NCBI RefSeq assembly: GCF_006345805.1
Contig: NC_043004.1
Location: 46,438,001 to 46,502,000 of the forward strand
Source of the DNA: Octopus sinensis
Lineage: Eukaryota
DNA: 64,000 nt
Direction of reading: 5' to 3'
Shown: piece after piece, positions 12,371-25,200 of the stretch
Position numbering within the stretch: position 1 is the first letter of the stretch
Layout: each line of letters opens with the position of its first letter
The notes under the pieces: model-generated
Seen by the model: the letters and a program-made list of their open reading frames with translations, nothing else
Databases searched by the model: none
What the model was told of the DNA's origin: nothing
Position numbers and translations under genes: made by a program

Positions 12371-12621
12371 TAACATTAATTTAGGGTAGAAATTGATAAT
12401 TATCAATTAGAACCAGTGGTCTAGCATATTAAAAAAATCCGAAGATTAAAATATTTATATATACCAATTAAGGACTGAACACGAAAAGTGGACAGTCAAC
12501 ATTCTAGATATAGACGTCAAATCGCCATTCTCCACAAAATTGTGGAGAATGGCGATTTGACGTCTATATCTAGCATGTTGACTGTCCACTTTTCGTGTTC
12601 AGTCCTTAATTGGTATATATA
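12371..12621. repeat. Repeat fragment ending in a near-perfect ~82-bp-arm palindrome (12456-12621)
   Basis: ataccaattaaggactgaac...ctccacaa-aa-ttgtggag...gttcagtccttaattggtat; one mismatch; flanked by (TA)n. Confidence 0.9.
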
Positions 12622-12634
12622 TATATATACAAAG

Positions 12635-12860
12635 GGGTGACAGAGGGAGAGAGGAGAAATGGAAAGACAAGAAAAGACGTCAACAAGAAACTACGGCATT
12701 ACAACCAGCCAGGAACAGTCTTCGCTACATTTGCGGTACCTGCCAGAGGGAGTGTTTGTCCGGGATAGGACTACATAGCCACAGCAGGAAATGTATCAGG
12801 ACATGAAATGTAAAAGCCGGGCTAGACTACTTTATGCGCAACTCCATTGTCTCCCGAGAC
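12635..12860 (+). mobile_element. RTE-clade LINE 3' end
   Basis: Translates to ...YICGTCQRECLSGIGLHSHSRKC* (RTE C-terminal CxxC...GLxSHxRxC) followed by an RTE-like 3' tail ccattgtctcccgagac...gcatgcc. Confidence 0.75.
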
Positions 12861-12879
12861 AAAAAGCATGCCAACAAAA

Positions 12880-12939
<60 letters not shown>

Positions 12940-13029
12940 TCACACACGCACATATCTAACATTACGCGATGGTTTGTGCCAGTTATATCTCATCCTTAAT
13001 GAGGAGAAATTGTGGAATTATTTGAAAAT

Positions 13030-14690
13030 TTATTGAAGGTTAATTTTTATCTGTTTCTATAAAGTAAGGAATTTTACTTGAATTATGCTGCGTATATAAC
13101 GATTAAGAAAACTGACATTATGAAGTGATACAGGCAGTTTTCACACTCGATAATGATATGTATTGACATAGCATTAACCAGATTACCTAACAAACCTGAA
13201 CATTATTGGGGAAAATGTCTTTTATTTTTGTGTAAGATTTCAGTACCTACATCTCACAAATGGCTACTCTATTATTGTGTATCTTTGATGTTTGTTTATT
13301 CCCTTTGTACATTTAGATACGCACACATCTATTTACAAATACATGTCAATTACGAGACTTCACAGATCTCAAAAACATGTTGTGTCTTCTTACAGAAAGT
13401 AATATGTCTCTTAATAGTCTGGGCTGGAAATTATTACGTTAAAGTGGTGAGAATTATGTCGTAAAACTCGATTTAGAATAGTTTTCCCAGTGTAACTAAG
13501 CTTAACGACATCGCATGTTTAAATATTTAGATAATCTTCGCTATCCATTGGTATATTGCTTTAGGTTCAGTCGTAATAACTGCATTACTTGTGCTATTTT
13601 ATAATGAAGTTCCACACATTAACATCGAAATCTAGATGAAGTGTGTAAGTTATAGATCATTTGGGAATCTGCCTATAAGATTTATTTGGCGGCATAATAC
13701 AATTGTATGCAAACGCATACGCAACAAAGTGAGACTACTCGACTCCAATAAAGGTTTGGCTCGCTTACCATGGACAGAAAATTTTTTCCAATTAATGTTC
13801 ACTTCGTAGATCTCATCAAACAGCCCTCATGCTACACTGTAATCTTCTGCAGCATAACAATTTTAGTATAAACAAATATATAACAGCGGTAACAAATACG
13901 GAGACATTTCTTGTAGTTTTGTTATGCATAATGCTGTCTTTTTAATATAAGTGGGTGTATGAAAATATTTGAATAAATTAATATTACGTATACCAAAACA
14001 TTATTTTATTCGTTCTAGTTAGGTTTAGTACAAACGAGGAACTTGTGACATTTACATAGGAGTAGCAAAGACAGTTGTAACATGACTATCTGAGATCATT
14101 CACCATAGGAAATCACAATAACACTATTCCAAATTTGATTGTGACTACGTAGTGTCAGCACTATATTGTAAAGGGGGTGTACCCCATACATGTAGCAGTT
14201 CCTTTCAAACACAATCACTTCAGTCATTTTAAGAAACATTTAACGAATTAAATAGCGAATTATTCAAATCTCTCTCTCCCCCAGAATCGTTCTTATTGCC
14301 TGTCTGGTATTTCCTCAGCAACACACAACCACGTAGACATTTTATTTCTTAGTGCAAGAAAGCTTTCCTTGAGTGCACTTCTTAGAGACATGTGCCTCCA
14401 AATTTGTAGAAACTGCACTGGATGACCGAACTTTATGCCAGACAATTGAATAGTAACATTCCGATAGGATATTCTGTATTCTCTGCAACTTTCATATAAA
14501 TGACAGAAACATCAAACATACAGGAAACAGAAAAGTATGCAACATTCTTGGATGAGGAGCAGATTTTGCTACACGTTTTGTTAGAACATCATCCAGTTTG
14601 ACAATCGAAAACAAGCTCCACTTCACTCTGGCAATCAGCACAAGAGGAGAATGAGTTTGGCTGTGCTTAGAATAAGTGATAATCACCAAG
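13030..14690 (+). pseudogene. Decayed Toll-like receptor (LRR-LRRCT-TM-TIR), candidate
   Basis: One frame from 14341 reads FIS*...KL...NSNI...VFSATFI*...LDEEQILLHVLLEHHP (TIR box 1, betaC, betaD); BB-loop-like NFMP at 14429-14440 in another frame; LRRCT-like VDL-(S)SNSP..HCNLL at ~13806-13850; LRR-like VVKLDL and KYLDNL upstream. Confidence 0.55.
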
Positions 14691-16034
14691 TGTACATGTC
14701 TTATACTGATTTAAATTCATGAAGTCCCGACCAAGGAGAAATATGTCGCTGACCAGTACTATGATATGTCATGTTATAATAATTATTCAAAATGTTAGCA
14801 CAAGGCTAGTAATTTCAAGTGGAAGAGGTAATTCTAGTACATTAAGCCAAGTATTTCTTTGGTATATTATTTAAAATACATGGCTCTGAGGCACGGACCA
14901 GCCGTTTTGGAAAAGATTGGCCTCTTATTGGCTTCTTCTGTACAATCTGCGTCAACTTGTGATCATGAAATAGATTGAACGATTAACAAACAATGAAGTC
15001 ATTTCCCGCGCGTATACTAGGGCAACGGCAACATCCCCGCTGGTTACGCCATGTATACCATTACAAGTCAGATGGGAGATTCATGACAGACCTGCTATCA
15101 TCCGACAAGTATATGCACAAGAATGACTCAGACTTTGTTTCAATACAGTGTGCAAGAGAGACCAGATGCCCCGTTGCGTGAGCGTAGGTGAACATTGCTA
15201 ATGATCGCTCCTGTTAGAGGCTGGAAGTAGACAACAGTTGTCAAAGATAATTGGAGATGATGAGGTTTCATGAAGAAGAAAAGCATAAAAGGAAGGGAAA
15301 AACAGCAGCAACATCAAACAAGCTCAGAGTACCCTCAAGTGTACTCACTGCAACCGGGACTGTCGCTTACATAAATGTTTTTACCAACTCAGGAAATATT
15401 GCCCTAAGAGGAAGTCTAAAGCCAGACTTTCCAGCTGCACTTGTGTGTTATTTAGTGGAACGGATGCCTCCAATATATATACATACAGACACACACATAT
15501 ATTGAGCATAGTTGTGGTATAGCCAATTTTGTAATATATATATATATATAAATATGAGAACGTGTGTCTGTCTCCCTGTTTGAATCTCTAAACTCGAGGA
15601 CAACATAACCAATTTCATTCAAATTTTACACATACAATACATACGGTCCATGGAGTGTCATGGGTCTAAAAGTTTTTAACTTCTTACTTTATGCGGCCCG
15701 GAGCATTTGCTTACACTGGTTCGCTACTACGTGTCAAAAGTGAAAGAACAACATCTGTGTTTCACTTTTATTCTTCCGGTTCATAACAATGTTTCACTTA
15801 TTGCATATTTGCGGTTTCATATTAACACTTAAATTAACATGACATCGAAATGACGCGTAAACTTCTCCTTTCCACAGAAGATGAAAGATTTGGCTGCTAT
15901 TTCTACCATGCCTGGCTACCACGTAAGAACCATATGCGATAACAGCGTGTCGTTCGTAAATTAACATTCACTCTGTTTGTAATTCGAAACCGATTCACAA
16001 ATTTTCCTCTAAGTAGCGTATGTTCCAGACAGCG

Positions 16035-18587
16035 TATGTTCCAAAAAGTTTTCAAGGAGGTTCTCACAAGAAATTCAGACAGGTGCTGATAGGTATCCAT
16101 CATACAGACGGAAGAAATCAGAAGACGGAGGTTTCACAGCAACTATTGGAGAGCACAGGGTTGATAATAGACGTATTGTTCCCTACTGCCCACTCCTGTC
16201 AAAGACTTTGAATGCCCACATCAACGTTGAGGTTTGCAACTCCGTTAAATACATAAAGTACGTTTGTAAGTATGTGAACAAGGGTTTCGAGGCTGTAATG
16301 CTTGGATTTTAACAAGAACACTGCCAGGATTAGATGACGCAGTATCAGATGGGACAGTATAAGTAGCAACGAGTTTTTTGTGGTGCGTCTTTGGATTTCC
16401 ACTTCACCAATGACACGCGGCTAATCAACAGCTTGCAGTTCACCTGCATAAAGTTCAAAGGGTGTACATCACCGATGCTAATACTTCTCTGTTGGCAGAG
16501 AAACCAAGGGATACAACGCTCATTTCATTCTCCAAGCTTCGTCAAGTTGATCCATTCGCTCAAAGCTGGCTGTATCCACAAATTCCATCGTACTGCACTT
16601 GGAATGGGAAAAAAATCGGTCCAAAGGAAGGCAGCTCGAAATATTGATGGATACCTCGGCATTAAGTTCAACACTTGCTTTTGGCGAGTTTACACAGTGC
16701 ATCACAGCCAACACGAATACTTCTACCTCCGTCTCCTACTGCATGATATCAGAGGATCAACGCGTTCCAAGGCCCTAAAATCCGTTCATGGACATGTCTG
16801 CGCAAGATACAAAGATCAACAAGGTCTGTTAGAAGACGGTGCACAGTGGTATGTAACTTTGGGAGTGGCTGCAGTAGCAGAATCACCTAAGAGTCTCAGG
16901 GCACTATTTGCAGTATTAATACAGACATGCGAAATGTCTGATCCTACCTCTCTATGGCTCAAATACAGAGACAACCTGGCTGAAGTCTTTAAGCGGCAGG
17001 CTCAGCTGCTCTATCCTGACATGGAGGGTATTAGTGTTGAAATCTACAACAGAGCTCAGACTAACATTGAAGACAGAATTGCTACACTGAGTGGAAATGA
17101 TTTGTTCACATATGGCCTGCCGCAAGCATTCAGTTCAGGGTTAAATAGTCTTCCCACTGCTGTCCTTCGTGAAACATTCTATCACACCGAAGCACTTTCC
17201 AAGTACATTGTTGTAAACGAGCCAAAATTACTTCCGGACCAGCTTCATGCTTACAGAACTATTCTTAACAGTACACGCCAACGCGAGGGCGGAATCTTCT
17301 TCCTGGATGCTCCTGGGGGGACAAGAAAAATATTTGTTACGAAGATTCTTGCAGAAGTTTGGCAGCGCCAGGATATGGCAGTAGCTGTGGGTTTCTCTGG
17401 GATTCCAGGTACTTTGTTACCCGGTGGAAGGACAGCGCACTTAACTTTTAAACTCCCTCTGAATTTAGCAGCATTCGAGATGGCTTCATGCAACATCAAC
17501 AAAAGCTCAAATCAGGGGCAGGTCTTTAAGAGGTGTCATCTAATCGTCTGAGATGAGTGCACCATCGCTCACAAGGGAGATTTGGAAACATTAGATAGAG
17601 ACTTGACAGACATCCGAGACTGTCATGCTCCAATGGAAGGTGTAACGTTTCTGTTGTCAGGTGACTTCAGGAAACTCTTCCTGTCATTTCGAAAGGCACT
17701 AGAGCAGATGAGGTCCAAGCGTGCCCAAAGTTCTTTACCCTGTGGCGTCTTGTTTTGATCCTGAGTCTTACGCCTAACATGAGAGCTCAACTACACGGCG
17801 ACAAATGTCTGCAATGTTTGTACCGGATATTTTGACACTTGGAGATGGTAAAGTGCCACTCGACACTGCAGCTGAAATGGAGGTGTGGCCATTTTCTTCT
17901 ATTGTTGATTCTGTGGATGAACTCAAACACAAAGTATTTCCAAACTTCACAGAAAATTACCAAAATCAGAATTGGCTGTGTTAAAGAGCAATATTGGCTC
18001 TAAAAACGTCACTGTTAATAAAATAAACCAACAGTTAATGCAAACTTTTCCCGGCAGTCTTCACACTTACAAGTCTGTTGATACAATTCCAGATCAAAAT
18101 GTAGTGATGAACGATCCTCAAGAATTTCTCAATTCGTTGGAGCCTCCTGGACTATCTCCCCACATATTAGCACTTAAGAGTTGAAACTCTTGTAATACTA
18201 CTTCGCAATCTGGAACCGCCAAGACTTTGCAATGGGACACGACTGGTGGCAAAGAAAATGATGTCACAGCTTGTCGAGGCTATCAATCTTTCTGGGTGTA
18301 GAAGACGTGATGACGTCTTCATTACAAGAATTCATCTTACACCAGCAGGAGCAGAAATTCCATTTTCGTTCAGAAGACTGCAATTCCCCCTTCGTGTCAG
18401 TTTTGCGATATCCATTAACATATCCCACGGTCAAACCCTATCTGTGGGTAGTCTTCTCTGGGAAGAGTCCTGCTTCTCGCACGGACAATTGTACGTTGGT
18501 TGCTTATGAGTCGGAGGCAAAAGAAGCCTCTTTGCTTACGCGCCAGAAGGAAAAACAAGGAACGTTGTTTACAAGAAGGTTTTATAA
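16035..18587 (+). pseudogene. Helitron RepHel remnant (Rep Y2 motif + PIF1 helicase), frameshifted
   Basis: CSKKF..RF...YPSYRR...VDNRRIVPYCPLLSKTLNAHINVEVC..IKYVCKYVNKG (Rep motif 3); YFYLRLLL; FFLDAPGGTRK (Walker A); GGRTAH.TFKLP; RLCNGTRL; RRLQFP; SHGQLYV; many stops. Confidence 0.92.
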
Positions 18588-18752
18588 TCACAACAGCCAG
18601 GAGGTAGGTACATGATCATCTTTTCTTTTTACCAAATTTCATGTATTTTTATGTATGTATATTTATATACATATGTGTGTGTGTGTGTGTGTTCGCGTGA
18701 GTGCGTGTATGTATATATATATATTATATATATATATGTGTACATCGCCGGG

Positions 18753-18925
18753 CAACTGTTGTTGGTATGCTTACGTCCTCGTAAATTAGCAGCTTCAGAA
18801 AAGAGACCGATAGAATGAGTACGTGGATTGCAAAAATAAACCCTAGGGGTCAATTCGTTTGACTAAAGGCAGTGCTCCTGTAAGGCCGCAGTCAAAAGAC
18901 TGAAACAAATAAAAGATAAAAATTA
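18753..18925 (+). mobile_element. 3' fragment of SINE family A inside the Helitron 3' region
   Basis: Matches the 3' half of 9213-9615 (gagaccgatag.at.agtac...ggggtc.att.g.t.gactaaa...gtgctcc...gactgaaaca..taaaag). Confidence 0.75.
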
Positions 18926-19010
18926 AAAGTATGCAATTTTAATCCCGAGCAACACCGGGTATCTCTATTATTATATATATATGTGTGTGTGTGTGTGTGT
19001 ATGTGTGTGT

Positions 19011-19050
<40 letters not shown>

Positions 19051-19053
19051 GTG

Positions 19054-19690
19054 TGTAAATATAACAAGTGAATTATTCGGTAGCCATGATAAAACTCAGC
19101 GTTTCAGATGTCGGGTCAGAAACGCACTCCGCCATCTCTTCAGTTATCCGGCTATCGAAAACAATGCTATGAAAATGACCGTTAAACAAAGGGAAATTAC
19201 TGTTATTGAGATAAATGTGCTATTACAAGGACCGCTAAGTGAGGGGAAGGAGTAAAGGCAAGGGACTAAAAACGCTCACAGTATTCGCGTAAGCGCGTAT
19301 GTCCATATGTACACATGCGCGCCCGGACAACCGCGTACATGCGCCTATAATATATAGCCATCCACCCTCACTCCAAACACACATTCTCACCCACACATTC
19401 GCCAAAGAATATATTCATACTCGTATACACGCTCGCACATGCACACACGCGCACAAAAAATGTTCATACACAGGTCTATATACGCACCTGCAGAAGAGGG
19501 CTAAAATCAAAATACAGAATAATGCGTTTAAAAAAGGTGTAAAAAATAAGCAATAAGAGAAAAACACGGCTATATACGCACATACTCGCATGCACGCACA
19601 CAGACACGTCTATAGACGTGCGTTTCCGCCCCGACATGTGAAACTCGGAGTTTTATCTTGACTACCGAATAATTGTCACATATATTTACA
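19054..19690. mobile_element. ~640-bp element bounded by diverged ~70-bp inverted repeats (MITE-like)
   Basis: 19054-19127 and the reverse complement of 19618-19690 share aattattcggtag.ca.gataaaactc..gtttca.atgtcggg...gaaacgcac. Confidence 0.55.
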
Positions 19691-19738
19691 GATACATGTC
19701 TCTGTTTACATAATATTGCGGTCTCTTTCATTCTTACC

Positions 19739-19797
<59 letters not shown>

Positions 19798-22299
19798 CAG
19801 ACACACAAACAGATATACATACATACATACACACTCACTCACACACACACACACATATATATATATATGCACACGTATGTATGCATACATATGTAGACAT
19901 ATGTAGGTGCGTTATGCGTATTCTTAACATATTGCGGTTGTTTTGACGGTAGCAATTCCACCATTAATTGCATAACTCCAGTGGTTCAAATTCCATTTCA
20001 ATTAACATGAGTACAACAATTAAAAACGAATTCATGTATTTAGCGATAAATTATGAGGATTTAACATGTTCTGCGTTCTAAAAACCATCACTTCGTTAAA
20101 TATATACAGAATATATAATGAAACATTAAATAGTTCTTTATTTATACTTACGTAGTCTGATATTTTACATTATTTTAAACGTGAATAGATGTAGGTTTGA
20201 AGTAACAGGATATAATAATATTTATTTTGTTTAATGTATTGGAAAATTATCACAGATCGACTTGTTCACCTTCAAATGATGTATTTAATCGATGTGCTTC
20301 AATTTCCTTTTACAAGACTCAGCAAGTGATAAAATAAATTGATAAATTTATAGTTTAAAATTGTAGTTTGTCGAACAGTTTAAATGTCACTATGGCATCC
20401 AGTTGATACATTACGTGTTCTTTGACTGGCGAGGATTCCTTCCTCCTGATTATTACAAGTTCTCAATGATTTAGAATATTGTCAACTTGTCCATAGTTGT
20501 GTAGTTTCTTTTTGTAGTCTTTTCAATGTTGACACAGTGACTCAGTGTCTGTTTTTGAGACAAGAAATTAACATTTTGTTTCCTGCGACGTCATCATTGC
20601 TGCCATTATCTTTTTTATCTTGATGTTAAGATTCTTGAATAATTCAGATAATCTTTCATTCTTTCAAACTATTATAATTTTATGTGTATAAAAGGCTGTC
20701 ACATTTCTCTCAGAATCATCTTCCTTCAATATACCATGAGATGTTACAACACTTTCACTTCTACATAAACCGAATTGAGAATTGAGTAAACAGCTTTTAG
20801 AATTCAGTACGTGATAGCGTATTGAGTTCTAAAACTATCGAGTGATTAACAATTGACCCAGTATTATCAAATAATGTGAATAATTTAATTTTATATGAAT
20901 TTTCTTGAAAATTCTAAATCAACTTTCTCAATAAATCCCTTCCACACATTGAATAACTTTTAGGATAACTTCAACACATCATTTATGTTTGTTTGTTTTT
21001 GCTTTTTTATTTATACTCGACTCCGCTAAGCCATTATAGTAAATATCTAGGTAATCATCTAAGCGGTCTTACTCTATTGCTAGATTACCGAAAGTATATC
21101 TTTTGTGCAACAATGGCTCATTACTTCTCCCTATCATTTTCCGTTTTTAGTACCCGGTATGTTAGCAATCCCAATATTTGCGATTATATATTTGCATTTT
21201 TTTTTGCTTCTGCTTATATCGGTAGTCGATATGATTCCGTTTCAAAATGTTCTATATTACAGGCCACTTAAGAGTGCATTTTAAATGTTAACAAGTGTGT
21301 ATTTGATTTGAATTGCGGAAAATACTATACGCATCCATTTATCGTATGAGTTTAGCTCTCCATCTTTGTACTCGATCAATAATCTCTTGAATTTGACGTT
21401 ATATTTGTAATCAGAACATCTCTTCCTCGGCACTGCCACGTCTGTGTGAAGCGGTCAACCACGTTCAATCGGAAAAGGTAACTAGAAGCTGAATGACATT
21501 CACTCCCTGACGAAATTGTCCATGTGTTTTGATCCTTAAAGCGCATAGGGAGAAAGTAGGGTTAGTCACTCATTACATGCATTCTGCCTTTTGATATGCC
21601 AAATATTCCTGTAATTTCTGCAAAACCCTCAAGCTTATTCGCATCTCGACAGAATCTGTCTGAGGATTTTTTCGTTTACACCAGCACTTGTGCCAAAATG
21701 TCCGATTTGTTAATTCAGCTCATTTGTTCATACGGTTAACGATTGTGAGAATTTGGAGTCAAGCATCCATTGCCGGGCATTACTTAATCTCAACGCGTTA
21801 CTTCCAAGAACACAACTAATAGGGCACTCTTATAAATTTACCGAGTATTTCGCAGAATGTTACGGTTGCAGTTGATGTAATAGTGATAATGTTGCATTTG
21901 CTATTGATGTAGATGCTACAACTCGTGACTTAATAGAATAGACAGGGAAATCGGAGCCTCTAGTAGTCGATGTAGTGATGCTAATTGTCTCCTTCATTCT
22001 AAGCCACGTTGTTTACACAGCCGACTGGCTAGCTGCGCCGATGACGTGAGCATTGATGCTTTTGGTGTTTCCATCGTTGTGACTGCTCCTTAGATTGTTG
22101 TATTTGTTATTCATACTCCGTTTGCCGCTGTTACTGGGGCTCTGTAAGCAATTGTTTTTACTGCTAAACTTTATCTCTCTAATGGCAACTTTGGTTGCAG
22201 AAGCAGCTGGTGTCCTGAAAAAAGCGAGAACCCCTCCTCACGGAAAGAAGTACAGGGGAGTATTGTAATGGCAGCTATAATTGTGTTATAGCTGACATG

Positions 22300-25200
22300 T
22301 TCTGTTAAATCAGTGCATAATCCTGATAAAATGGAATTATTCGGTGGGATCAGCTTTCTGCACAATTATTTCTACATTTGGCACAATGCTAAAATCTCTG
22401 AAGGAAGGGAATTAGCAGAATATATTAACATTGATGCTTGACATTGGCATTAATTTATCGACACCTAGAAAACAGAATGTTGCATTCAACTCCGTGGAAT
22501 GTGAATTTAGAACGTAAATAGATAGGAACAAACACCACACTATATACTTTCCTCCCTCTATCTGCTAATCTATAACATTTCTACAGGTTGATACTGTATC
22601 ATATATACTATGAGAAGGGCTTGTGTTTATGTATTTTGTAACTGAGATAATATGAAAATAGAATAAAACTGGAATCTGTCTTCGTGTACTTACACTGACA
22701 AGCATCGCGACAAAACGCAGAACTAAACCTTAAAGGATATCAAATATTACAACATAATGTTATTCACACAATCCTTTATAACTAGGGCAGTTGTTATTAT
22801 TTAACTCTGTGTCATTCGTGAACAAAGATATTCCATTTGTAATGATTTCGTTAGTACTTCTTAGCATAATATATATATAAGACAGCTTTATCTGATGCGT
22901 ATTCGATTTTAAGACACTAACGTACATGTAGGCAATTTAGGTGCACTTTCAAACATGCCATCCGAGCACATAGCTTTTTCATTGTTGGTGTATATTAAAT
23001 AGTATTACTATTTATTACTATAAAATTTAGTTTTCATATCGAAACATGATGTGTGTTCTGATAAGTCGTTCGAACATCTGAAGCCATTTAAGAAAACTAT
23101 GATTTTGAATGACAAATTAAAAAAAAAAATACTTAGTTTGGTTCTAATCCAATTTAGTAACATTGAACCGTAAAGACAACAAGACAACGCATAAAACAAA
23201 ATACAGAAATTATTAGTAAAGACTAGAGAGAAAAACTAATTAATCACTCGATTATCAAGATATTATTATTGTCTAAACCATATCGGCACTTATGATGCTT
23301 CGGAGACAGAATAAGGAAATTAATTTGATAAGCATTGTTAAATTCGGAATATGGGTGGAGAAGTAATAGAAACTGGCAAAAATGAAATTGATTAATATTT
23401 TAATTAAACGCAGCGAACATCCATTATGTCCTTTGTCGAGACGATTGCTTTTAATATTAAATGGCATAAACATGAGGAAAATCAAGGAACGTTAAATAAT
23501 GACATTCACTATAGCAACATTTTTAAATAGGCAGGATTTTGACACGCAAGAATACCTTTTTATTACATAATCTAGAAGATTATATATTTGTATAGCGAAA
23601 CACGAATCATTTCAGTTTCTTAATAACATTCAGTAACATTCAGAATATGAATTGTCTGGCATATGATAATTTAATTCAGCAGATATAACAATAAATGTAA
23701 AATATTACCTCGAATCTATTGTCCACAAGCATCTATTTTGAGATCTTGAAGACATTCCTGACTAATTGCCAGAAGCAGTTATTATCTAATTTCCTGTCCC
23801 ATTGGAATAAGAGATCGTCTTTGATGAAGTAAAAACTACGGATGCTATATTGTGGTGGAGATAGATAAGAAGCGCAATGTTCGAATTGATGTATTGACTA
23901 ATAAGATCTCATAATGTTATGAAATATATTCAGAGTATATTTTCTCTGTATGTCTGCTAGAAATAAAAGCAATGGTGCTCTTGTTGTGTCTTTGATACAT
24001 TTCTCTTGTAAAAGAAATAGTTTCAATAGAAATAAATGATCAAAGGCTAAGCTACAATAGAATGATTGCTTAAAATTATACTCGCACACCTTGGCATGGA
24101 AAGGCAATGCTAAATGTGCAGCTGATGCCTACATATTATTCCCACGATTCTTTCTCGATAAACCGTTGTTTGATACATTGTAATGACGGGATGCAGTTAA
24201 CACTATTTTATAAACTCAGGCATATCTACCAGCTGATATAACATATTCTTGATTTTACTATAACATACAGACTTCCAGATCCTCACGCAACGACACTGAT
24301 AACTCTACCATCACTTTTATGAGTCCAAGAATATGAATAATATTTCTATAGCTAACACATGAACAGATATTGAAGAATGTCCTACATTGCGCTGGTGATT
24401 GCCAAGTACCAAAGTATGTATTATAGTCATAAAACACTTAGTCCACAGCATATCATGTAAATTCGTCGAAAATGCTCCGATAAATCTATTTCACCCATTA
24501 CAAAACCAGTCTTTGTTATATCCGATCTCATTTGTTGATGTGCAGATAAAATTGCATGAGAAAGTTAAATTGATTTTATTGAGTAAGATAATAATCAACT
24601 ATTCAAATAAGGGCACACAAAGGGCATGTATGATTGGCAGAACCACCAATCAGAATCACATCATAATGGATTCTTTCCATCTGTTTCTAATATAATTCTA
24701 TTGAAATCATATAACATCAAACAGCTTGCCTGAATTGCTCTCAATTCACTGGACCTCTAAACTTCTCTATTGCTCTATATTCCTGTTGCTCGTTTTTCAA
24801 CAAGCACAACAGTTCCGCTTAATTTTCCATTTCTGCAAAAGCATACACCTCAATATATCCCCACGCAAAAATACCTTCTCTTCGTAACAGCTCGAACTGT
24901 CCATCCATGATAAGTAATTTACACGTTGATGTTTACGAAATTGCTATCACATCAACGTATTAACATTGAATGATATACATTCTCGTTGAGTTCCAGTAGC
25001 AACTAAGATTTGTAACAATACCGTATATTTCATACACATCATAATTCCAATACATCGATTATATCCACAGGCAAAAGTATTCAAATCTATTCATACACTT
25101 ATCGCCTTATAAAGAGTAGAGAGATATTTATCGGCATGCCGGCAGAAACGTTAGCACGCCAGGCGAAATGCTTAGCCGTTGCTCGTCTGCCGCTACGTTC

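Larger units (their letters stand above)
15535..18968 (+). mobile_element. Internally deleted autonomous-type Helitron
   Basis: 5' end TATATATAAATATGAGAACGTGTGTCTGTC resembles Helitron 5' termini; Rep/helicase remnants; 3' hairpin cccgagcaacaccggg (18944-18959) then tatctcta, homologous to 778-805. Confidence 0.82.

Noticed and set aside
14500-14680. Minus-strand CADCQSEV...CSNKTC zinc-ribbon-like peptide
   Set aside because: The plus-strand TIR reading explains the region with more motifs in the correct order; the Cys pattern is probably coincidental.
15251-15505. 84-aa ORF as a host exon
   Set aside because: No recognisable domain, and no convincing splice-site pair identified by eye.
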